NCBI GenBank assembly: GCA_964247055.1
Contig: OZ176056.1
Coordinates: forward strand, 3,596,001 to 3,660,000
DNA from: Paragordius varius
Taxonomy: Eukaryota > Animalia > Nematomorpha
DNA length: 64,000 nucleotides
Direction: 5' to 3'
The notes under the pieces were generated by a model. That model was not told the origin of the DNA. It made no database searches and saw nothing but the letters and a program-made list of their open reading frames with translations. This document shows, one piece after another, positions 53,815 to 64,000 of the stretch; within the stretch, counting starts at the first letter, position 1, and each line of letters begins with the position of its first letter. A program made the position numbers and the translations under genes.

Positions 53815-54218
53815 CTAGCGTAAATCTCGTGCTGCTACACAGCACGAGGAATTCCTTTGGACTTATGGGGGGGCTATTTGAAATAAGGGACAATAAAATG
53901 ATCCACATATGTGGATTATTTCGAAACATTATTTAAATATGATTTTATAGAAATTTTATAACGGTGCATTCATACTAATATATTTTTTACCTGGGGGAAA
54001 AATAGATTAAAAAAATTATTTTTGCGGACTTTGTTTTTTTAAAAAATGGCATTTTACGGGAGGAGCGGGTAAAAAGAGGGCCTAAATCGAAAAAGCGAGC
54101 CGACTATGTTCGGCGCAATCGAAAATAAGTAAACGAAAATCATATTTGAAATTGAATGGTCCAACACGTTGTCCGGAAAATTGTCTTGACCCGTTTTTCA
54201 CACGGGGTGGGCCTACGT
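53815..54218 (-). mobile_element. Helitron family A, 5'-truncated
   Basis: a|CTAGcgtaaatctcgtgctgctac followed by about 400 bp of family sequence. Confidence 0.75.
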
Positions 54219-55543
54219 CTCGGTCAGGTGTTGTGAAGTCGACTCTTTTTAAAAATTACCTCTTGGGTAAAACACCATCGAAATGCGCTTCAAAAAAAAA
54301 TGTTGAAATAATTTCCAAAAACGAGTCGATTATGGCCATTTTAGTATCTTTTATATAGCAAGGAGTTGAGACACCACATTAATCTAAATCACAGCGGTTT
54401 GCCAAGAACCCATTAAAAAATCACTTTGGTTATTTAATTTAAAAGGCCAAATTTAATCAATAAAAACGATTTTTCGATTTAATTTATTTATATAATAGAT
54501 GTTAGATTTAGGCCTTTTGACTCTGACACTTGTGCCAAAGTTTGAACCCGAAACTGCGATTTTTTTCTATAATCACTGTTAGCCCTGGGTTTCACAAATC
54601 CTGATATAATTTCAGTCTCTACCATTAATAAAAAAATAAACGGTATATAATTTTCAATGGAGATAAATATATTTCGTAGGCTTTCAGCTGCGTCAGAAAA
54701 TATGGAAAATAATTGGTAATCAGAAGTTTGATTACTTTTAAACAGTTTTAGATATTTTGAAAATATTTTTAATAAAATACGAAGCCATAGAATTGATTAA
54801 ATGATGCCCACCATTAATCATATGTGTCTGAAATCGGAGAAAATGATTATTTTCGTTCTGTTTGTGTAACTGAATTATTTTTAGAAAGATTGAACCAAAT
54901 TAAAATCAAAAGTACCTAGATATCCTGACAATTATCCTATCAAAATATATATTTGTATAAGGTTAATAGTTATCATAAATAAAGTGCAAAAAATAAGAGC
55001 ATAAGGTATGAAAACATTGCTATTTTTCAATACATGCCAAATAACATGTATAGCAAAGGGATTTTTGGCTAAAGTATAAAAAGCGATAAAAAATAAGTAA
55101 GAACCAATGATTAAGCGTTATTTATTCTCCTTACAAATATTTAAATTGCGTAAACAACGAATTTGTAAAGGATGGAGTTCAAACTAACCTAAAGTTTTAC
55201 TAGCATAATATGCCCTAATACTTTTGTCAGATACAACAATTTTGAATTGTAAATTGTGTTATAATTGGGTTCGAATTTTAAATTTATGTTTCCGGAACTA
55301 TAACGCTTTAAAAATCAGTTTTTTGACATACAATATTTAATTACATTAAAAAATTTTACCTTTTCTGAAACAAAAGTAAGTCGGTATAAATACAAGAAAA
55401 TATTAAATGCGATTTAATTATTATGTATTAACCTTATGCAATAAAAGAGTTTTGGTATATTTTAGTCTGACTCCTCATATATTATAGCGTATATAATTAT
55501 ACCATCTGTAAGCGTTGTGAAGTTTAACTTTTGAGTTGATAGA

Positions 55544-58500
55544 ATGCCGAAGTATTATTGCGACTATTGTGACACCTATTTAACGCATGATTCGGTATAA
55601 TCAAAATTTAACTGTAGCCCTCTGTCCGAAAAACTCATTGTGGCGGCCGCAAACACAAGGAAAATGTCAGGATATATTACCAGTCATGGATGGAGGAACA
55701 AGCTCAAAAATTGATTGATTCTACTAGTAATTTTTCTAATTTTTTATTCAATAAAATCTTATTAAAATTGTTTTATAATAGTTTTTATATATATTTAATA
55801 AATCCACCCTTCTTTGGACAAAAGCCTTCGCTTTTACAGATAGGTTACAAAGTTCATGGTTCTCAAGATTTGACGTTGCATATCATTATTACTGAATGCA
55901 ATTTTATTTATTGATATAGCTTGACAAATATAATATTTCTAGCTTTTTTATTAATATGATAAAATATTAGGTAAAACATCCTTTTACTTATTTTGTAAAA
56001 TTTTACATGGGTAAAAAAATATATGCCACCTTTTCTTCGTCTATTGCTAGACTCATTTAGAGCGATAATATTGGCTTATATTTTTGCTGCTTTGACAAAA
56101 TGCCTATTTTTGCTTTTTCCTGCTAACTGATCTTTTTATCTTGGTCTCTATTTTCAGTCAAATGAATTTTAAGATTAAATTATGTATTACTTTTATATAC
56201 TAATATTTCACTTTTTTTATACATGTCAATATACGGCCCAATATATAAGGGAATACTAGAAATACATTTTGACCTGTGTACTATTTAACTTCACCAATAT
56301 ATTTTCTCTAGGTAAAAATTCGCTCTTTCCAATATTAATTTTATTTTAAACATTTATAAATTTAAATGCTATTTTTTTAAAATACTTTTAATCTATTCTT
56401 TTTATTGTAACTGTAAATGCGCTATTTCACGCAATTTTAATGAAAGACTAGCGCCATACATTTTATTTTTGAAAACCGTTTCAAAATTTTTCTTTTTAAC
56501 GGCCATATTTTGTACTATAAATTTAATTGTCTTGTGCATCGTATTTAATTTTAAGTGCAGAAAAATAAAATTGAAATCTCATCTGTTAAATATTAAAAAA
56601 ATTCAATTATACTATACCAATTACCAAATTCATTTTAAACAATTCATACGCACCCTAAAATATATTGTGTTTTTGATTAAAAAATACTTATTTTTTTCAT
56701 ATTTTTATATATATATTGATTTCGTTTGAGATTAAATAACACTGAAAAAAATAATAAATGCCATAATTAAATAAAAATTAATGATGAATTATATTTGCCT
56801 GAAAACACATAATTTATTAGGATGAATATAAAATAATTTGAGTTGTAAATGGTATATATAAACTTTTTAAACCGTAAATAATATATACCGTTGCTGGGAC
56901 TCACCAAATTTTTAAGCCGCAAAAAATATTTATTTCGCCTCAAGGGCCTTCGTTCACCCCATATAATACCAATAAAAAATTTTGAAACTTTTTTTGATAC
57001 ATTCGCGGATATTTATACCCTAAAAAAGTACATCAAAAAAAGTATAATAATTAATTTAGGGCCATGTCATAAAAAAGTACTTTTAGTGGATTACGGTTTG
57101 AATACCATTGATATATTATTGTATTTAAAACAATGTAAATCCCACTTGCCAAAACAATATTTCATGAATTTTAATGATTAAAACATATAAAACTTTATTT
57201 TTGCTTTGAACGAATGGCTAAAAAGGCATCCTTGTAAAATTTCATTTTTAAAGCGTAATTAATGTATACTTTAATACCAGTGTAAATCTTTACTTCTCCC
57301 GATATATTTCATGAATTTTAATGCTAGCGCACTATATTTCATTTTTCCTTTTAATAAAGGACTTTATAAAATTCCATTTTTTAATAGTAGGCTCTGATAT
57401 TTGTATACTATAACCTGAAATCTCATTTTCCCTTGATATTTGGACGAAAATTTATTGCCACCTTATTTTATTTTTGCTTTTATATATCAAAACAGCGGCC
57501 ATGTTTAAGGCGAAAATGATGCCACCTTATATGATGGGACCTCCTATGGGTATGTGTCCGCCCGGAATGATAGGTGGTCCTCCTATGATGATGGGTGCCC
57601 CTCCGCCCGGAATAATGGGAGTTCCTCCCCCTGGTGGGCTTATAATGCCCCCGGGAATGCCGATGCAACCGGTATTTTTTTTTCTGTTTTTTTGGTAGAA
57701 ATAAGTTTTGCGATTCAATTATTTCTATACAGACAAAACCTGAATTATAAATATTTTTAATTTTTAACAGTTAACCATAAAAAAGCTTTGTTTTTTTATG
57801 TATAACCTGTCGCGTGGGTCGCAACAACATAAAAAATTAGTTTCACCCTCAATTACACATTGCTCACAATTTTATTATATACTAGCGTGAATCTCGTGCT
57901 GCTACGCAGCCCGAGGAAGTCCTTCGGACTTCTGGGGGGGGGGGGGTTCGAAGTTTGGATTTGAATGGGTCTACCGGTTTTCCTGTACCAGATCACAAAG
58001 CCAGCATTTTCCATTTTTATAAATATATAGATGATGATAAATAATGTATTAATATCCATATATCTTTTAACATGCTATACATATGATAGATACTCCTTAC
58101 TCAGCAGCTATCATCAAAGAAACGCTTGACTAAAATTTTTGCCTTTTAACAGGCAATACGAAAAATCTTTCTCGAATTTTTACAGTCTCATACCGTGGAC
58201 AAAAAAATACAATCAAAAAAATATTTTTGTGGACTTTGTTTTTTTTGAAAAAAATGGCATTTTACGGGGGTAGCGGGTAAAAAGAGGGCCTAAATCAAAA
58301 AAGTGACTCGACTATGTTCGGCGCAATCGAAAATAAGTAAACAAAAATCATATTTGAAATTGAATGGTCCAACACGTTCTCCAAAAAATTGACTTAACCC
58401 ATTTTTCACACGGGGTGGGCCCAAACTGGGGACCTAATTCCAAAAAAGGGCGAAGCTATTGTCGGGGCATTCATTAATGATTATATTTTTTCGATGTTTG

Positions 58501-59879
58501 GATTTGAATGGCTTCACCGGTTTTCCGGAAACAGATCACAAAGTTATATGAAAAATCAGTTTTTAGCGGGTAGCTCCTTACCCAGCAGCTTTCATCAAAT
58601 AAACGGTGGACTAAAATTTTTGCCTTTTAACAGGGAATACGTGGAATCCATATTGAATTTTTAAGGTCTCATACCTAGGGCGAAAAATCGATTTAAAAAA
58701 TTATTTTTGTGGACTTTGTTTTTTGAAAAAAATGACATTTTACGGGGGGAGCGGGTAAAAAGAGGGCCTAAATCAAAAAAGTGGCTCGGCTATGTTCAGC
58801 GCAATCGAAAATAACTAAATAAAAATCATATTTAAAATTGAATGGTCCAACACGTTCTCCGGAAAATTGTCTCAAAAACACGATTTTGTGGACTTCTGTT
58901 TTCAAAAAAAACCCGTTTTTCATACGGGGTGGGCCCGAACTGGGGGCCTATTTCAAAAAAAGGGCGAAGCTATTGTCGGGACATTTATTAATGATTATAT
59001 TTTTTCGATATTTGGATTTGATTGGGTCTACCGGTTTTCCTGTACCAGATCACAAAGCCAGCATTTTCCATTTTTATAAATATATAGATTAGGCAAAAAA
59101 TATGGATGAAATATCTTTTTTATTTTCATTACGTGTGCTAAGAGTGTTATTTAAGTTATTGTATTTAAAATTATTTTGTTATAATGTGAAAATTTGCTTC
59201 CATTTGTTATTATGAAATGCTGCTATTGGTTATTAATTTCTTATAATTTATGAGTTTTGCTTGTTACATAGCATTCAGTTAGGATTAAATCACACCTGAA
59301 GTCGTTTTTAATTTTTGCTACGTACATACATACTAATAAGGCTGTTTACCATGTTAAAACGTAAAATTTAGTAAAAATCATTCAAAAATTTGTTTGCATA
59401 ATGTTAAATTATCGAAAATTAAAACTGAATTAATTGAAAAATATATCATTTTAATAGGTAATAATGTTTTTTACTTGGTGCGACTTTCTATTGCATATTA
59501 TAATCAAACTGTTAAAAAAGTAGTTAAAACCAGCAAATTTTTCTAATATTTTTATAAATAAGTACTCAAATTTTTTTGTTTTGATATCTTAACAATATTT
59601 TTGATAACAATGTGAAAATTCCGTATTATCATTTATATTTTTATTTTTATTTTCATAGGGATTTATGCCTAATCCAATGATGGGCGCTCCAATGCCAGGT
59701 ACTATTTTTTAATTTTTCTTTAATTTGCAAAAAATATTTTTTCCCTAAAAATTAATTTATATATATATATATATATATTAATTTTTTTGATTTAATTATA
59801 TTTTTTTTGAACTTTTGCAGGTATGATGAGACCTATGATGCCTATCCCACAAGCAACTAAACCGGAGGGCGAAATATGA
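55544..59879 (+). CDS. SNRPC: U1 snRNP protein C, about 144 aa, 5 exons: 55544-55594, 55618-55726, 57496-57671, 59659-59698, 59821-59879
   Basis: [17 protein letters not shown]|[34 protein letters not shown] is the matrin-type zinc finger, followed by a Pro/Met/Gly-rich tail. Confidence 0.97.
55595..55617 (+). other. 23-nt spliceosomal intron (U1-C intron 1)
   Basis: GTATAATCAAAATTTAACTGTAG lies between the invariant THDS and PSVR residues. It gives an immediate TAA if retained. Confidence 0.95.
57882..59088 (-). mobile_element. Composite Helitron family A in U1-C intron 3: a 150-bp mini-element (57882-58031) plus two tandem ~480-bp modules
   Basis: CTAG at 57882, GAA-loop hairpin, and 5' TC ends at 58031 and 59088. 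Modules repeat at about 58094 and 58575. Confidence 0.82.
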
Positions 59880-59900
59880 AATATTTTTAAAACATGGATA

Positions 59901-59931
<31 letters not shown>

Positions 59932-60006
59932 TTTATTTTATATTTTGTATCGAAAAATTTAATAAATATATATATAATTATTATCAAATAAAATATTTAT
60001 TAATAA

Positions 60007-61790
60007 CTAGCTGGCCCTGTCACGCTTCGCTGTAACGTAGTCTCACCGAAAATATTCTTAATAATTTGCAATAAATAGAGGTAAGGGAGATAAAATAATA
60101 AAAATATATAATTAAAAGAGTGTCTTAAATTCTTTTACGGTTTTTGCATAGGCTCAAATATTGATTACTCGAAATCGACCATAATTAAACTGTCCCTTAT
60201 CAAAGTAAATAATCAACTATCATCGGATTTATATTGGAGATTTTCGTTTTACGAAATCATGGTTAAAAGTTATGTGTTCACACAGCTGGGATCAAGGGAT
60301 ATAAAAGTAAATCATTTGTGGTCACTTTTCAAAGGAAAAATTAGATTATACAAATTCCCCAGAAATGTGTTTAACTGAACTCGTATGGCTTCTTATGTTA
60401 TGAAAATTAGCTCCAAAAACACGCTATTTTTGTATGGCGTCTTAATTTTGAATCGGTAGTCCCGTACCGATAGATCTATATGAAAAAACCGTAAGTTAAA
60501 TTCTTTGTCTTTATAGAGCAAATATTCGGAATCATCTTGGATACCATCGTCTCATGGTTTATTCGCAAAAATACCTCAACAAAATAATCGTTATATGATG
60601 GCGTATTTTTAGGGCATAAAGGCCAATTAGGGGCTAATAAAAAACGCCTACCTTTTTTACCTGGTTACCGGTAATATTCCAAGCTTTTAATGAGCTCATA
60701 TGGCTCATAAATTTTCTGTAAATTAGCTCTAAAACAACGCAATTTCTATATAGTGGCGCCGTTTTTGGCGTAGCTCCTTACCCAGGGGCAGGTATAAAAA
60801 GCGTTCAACTTTCCCTTTATATGGGGAATATATGAAATTATCATGGATCATATGTTCCTATTAGACTTATAGGTTTTCTGAAATTTGGCTTCTAAGGCAT
60901 GCTGTATTGATATGGTAAGCGCAGTTTTATGCGGGTAGCCTCCTAACCAGAGGTTAAACAAAAAGATGCTAGATTAAATTTTATGCTTAATTCGGGTGAT
61001 ACCTGAATCATGATTAATTCCATATGCTCTCGTGGGATTTTCGAAAAATTGCCTCAAAAAGCTATTCTATGGTGGCGCATTTTTCAGGCAAGGGTCTAAT
61101 TAAGTAATTTAGCAAAACCGCTCTACTTAAATATTTTCCTTTTTACGAGTAATATTTATATCCTTATTGAACTCTTATGGCCTGATAAGTTTTCTAAAAT
61201 TTTCCTCCAGAGTCAAGCTGTATCGATACGGTGGCGCAGTTGTTGACGGGTAGCCCCCTACCCAGAGGTTAATATAAAAAGACGTTCAATAAAGTTTTTG
61301 CCTTTAAAGGGGAATACCTGGATGGCGCATTTTTAGGTCGTAAAGCTGATTAACGGCTAATTTTAACCTTTCGACTTAAATTTTTGCTTTTTACGGTTTA
61401 TATTTCAGGCCCTTATTAAACATATGTGGCCTAAGAAGTTTTCTGAAAATTAATTCCTAAACAACGCAATTTCAATATGATGACGCAGTTTAGGCGGGTA
61501 GCTCCCTACCCAGATCCTGATGCCAAAAAAGCGCTTGATTTGCTTTTTTTACGGAGAATACCTGGAATCATGATTGATATCATATACTATTATTAGTTTT
61601 TGGAAAAATTGCCTCTAAACTAAAAAATCATTCTGAGGTGGCGCATTTTTCAGGATGCATTTTACAAGGGGGGGTAAAAAGAGGGTCTACATTAAAAAAG
61701 CGAGCCGACTATGTTCAGCGCGATCGAAAATAAGTAAAAACGGGCCAAAACAAAAAGCACCATGATAATCCTGATACATTTTCCTATTTG
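60007..61790 (-). mobile_element. Helitron family B with diverged internal tandem repeats (far end uncertain)
   Basis: a|CTAGctggccctgtcacgcttcgctgtaac (GCGAAGC hairpin on the - strand). Repeated tatggc..gttttctgaaa..ggcgca..gggtagctcc(t)taccc units follow, with a family-A module at about 61680. Confidence 0.65.
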
Positions 61791-63049
61791 AATATTTCAG
61801 TAGGTTATTTTTTATGGACATAATTTTAATAAAGGACAATAACACTGTGCGACAAAATATGGGGTCAATTTTCTGGAGCATATTTTCATAATATTTTCTG
61901 ATTCCTTATGGTATTGTGATCATATTTACGTAAAAAAATTTTATACTTACCCAGGTCGTTTTCGAGATATGGGACTTTTTCCATATTTGGACATATCCAA
62001 AATTTTCTCGTTTTTAAATCTTTTTCGCTAAGTAAACAAATAATTTGTGGCTTATAATACAAATTTTGTTTTAGACCACCAATTTATCTTTAAAATAAAA
62101 AAAGAATTAACTCAAAATATTCAATACTTTTTGTTACAGGGGGCAAAAACCCTCAAAAACGGGGGAAGTTAACATTTTTTGACACAAATATTTTTCATCA
62201 TCTTATTAAATAAAAACACATTTTATTTTATGTTCTTGGATGTTAATAATGTTTGTTTAATTATAAATATCATTGTGTAATAGCTTTGTGGACTTTAATT
62301 TTTAAAAATAAATTTAATTTTTACAGCTTTTTTGTTGTTTTTTTATGTAAAAAATGATTTAATTGACTCAGCTGCATATAATATATTCTTTATTTCATAT
62401 GATATTTTTAAATATTTCCCACACCTAAATATAATCTATATCAGCTTTTTCATCGAGAATATATTATTATATACCCAAAATGTACAAAAATATAATACCC
62501 AAGTATATATATATATTTATAAATTTAGGATGGACAAAAATAATGTTTGCCATATATGTGGTCAATACACAAAAAACTATTAGTATAAACATTAACACTT
62601 ACATAAAAAACTATTTTGTTATATTATGGGGAACCTAGATTTGGGTCCCGAACACCAATGCAATCCAAAGAAATAGCGGCATAGGTGCATTGCGAACTTT
62701 TTATCAAAATTTTTTAGGAAATTTAAAAATAACAATTACCTGGAATTAGTTAATCGACTCTTTCTATAGGATGAGTATGTATGTTATTATACCATGTTAC
62801 TTAAACATTTAAATTCTTTTTTATCCAACAATATAGGACGCCGCATGAATCCAAAGCTAAATATGGTGAATTCCCATTGTGTTCTCAAAGACGCCAACGA
62901 AAGAGCCAAGGGACATAATTTGGAATCTTTCGAAAAAACTATTGAAATAATATAAATTTAATTTGCTTTTATATATATAATAAATAAATTATTATTTTAT
63001 TTTACTTTCATTTAAAATCAAGATAGATTAGTGTCTTTTGCAAAATATA

Positions 63050-64000
63050 CACTTTTAATATTAACTCTAATTAATTGAAGCATGTAATGAGGATTTGCGT
63101 CTAATTCAATATATAATTCTCATTGAAAGTGTTACATGGGGTTTTAATTGAGATGGACGAGGCTTTTGACAGGATGCCTAGATAATCTATTTGGTGAAGT
63201 CTCCGTCGTAAAACGGTCCCAGAAAGTTATATCAAGTTGGTACATATAATGTACGAATCTCACACCTCCAGGATTAAAACTCCACAAGGTTTATCAGAGC
63301 CCTTTTCAATAAAGCACGGAGTCTACAAAGGTCATCACTCAGCCCCTTATTGTTTATAATTGTATGGACGAGATAGCCAAGGTCGTTAATGTATGCAAAT
63401 GACATAATCATCTTGTCTGATTCATTGGCTGAGTTAAAGCAAACGGTAAACAGATGGGTCATTATACTGCATCAATACGGTGTGAAAGTAAACATAGCAA
63501 CGAACTTATTACTTTTGAGGGTCCACAACTTAAAATGGAAGTAGTTGGGTTCTGAAGGGTAAAGAAAGTTGCAAATATTTGGGGGCTAAGTTAAGTTCGG
63601 TTGGATCGTTGACCGATGATATTAATTTTTAAATAAAGAGCAGTTGGATAAATTGCAAGAAAATTTCAAGCCTGTTATGTGATCGAAATATTGATGTTAG
63701 AGTGAAAGGTAAGATATACAGTTCAGTTGTACAACCCACAATGATGTATAATTCACAGACCTGGGGTGTCAAAAAATCAGAAGAAAGACATTTCAACGTG
63801 ACTGAAATGAAATGCTTAGAATGATGTGTGGGGTAACTAGGAAGGACAAAATCGAGAATAGATTTATTCGTGGGAGCACAGATATTAAACCAATAGTGGA
63901 AAGAATGTCAAAAAATAGTGTACGTTGGTTCGGGCACATTGAAAGGAGGGATTCTAATTATATTGCAAAAATAATTGATTGTCATATAGTTGAAGGAAAA
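63050..64000 (+). mobile_element. Decayed RTE-clade LINE, reverse transcriptase C-terminal part
   Basis: Frameshifted motifs EAFDRMPR, SPLLFIIVMDEI, YANDIII (YADD-like), KYLG, CDRNI..RVKGKIYSSVVQPTMMY, GVTRKDKIEN and RWFGHIERR. Confidence 0.85.

Noticed and set aside
57480-57760. Overlapping ORFs 57480..57668, 57527..57718 and 57554..57760
   Set aside because: Shadows of the GC-rich Pro/Met/Gly U1-C exon 3.
57882-61790. Regularly spaced repeats suggestive of a CRISPR-like array
   Set aside because: The units are long, diverged, TE-internal modules without unique spacers or cas genes, in a eukaryotic context.
1-64000. Alternative genetic code, programmed frameshifting or U12 introns as explanations for the broken ORFs
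   Set aside because: All breaks are resolved by GT-AG removal, genes end in normal TAA/TGA, and no AT-AC or GTATCC donors were seen in the modelled introns.

Overview
This is a very AT-rich, repeat-dense animal genome. The PRXamide-type GPCR and the secreted ferritin suggest a protostome, but the species cannot be determined from this window. Manual splicing gave six intron-containing genes that the ORF track only shows in fragments: FAM78 (+, 8741-17378), TTC1 (-, 19905-21094), a signal-peptide ferritin (-, 27678-30536), MAEA (-, 33675-40065), a neuromedin-U/capa/pyrokinin-type GPCR (-, 43046-52855) and U1-C/SNRPC (+, 55544-59879). The rest is non-autonomous Helitrons, hAT-, Tc1/pogo- and piggyBac-like MITEs, foldbacks, (AT)n tracts and a decayed RTE LINE. 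The main discovery is seven GT-AG introns of only 23-28 nt (23, 26, 27, 28, 26, 28, 23) in four conserved genes. Each must be removed to restore the reading frame and family homology. All seven are the 5'-most coding introns of their genes, and they coexist with kb-sized introns, pointing to a ciliate-like ultra-short intron class in an animal. Secondary observations are a degenerate IRE-like hairpin just upstream of the ferritin ATG, a candidate MAEA poison exon whose donor pairs with an adjacent U1-mimic, and weak (+5G-poor) donor sites. Gene identities come from recalled family motifs; no database searches were run.
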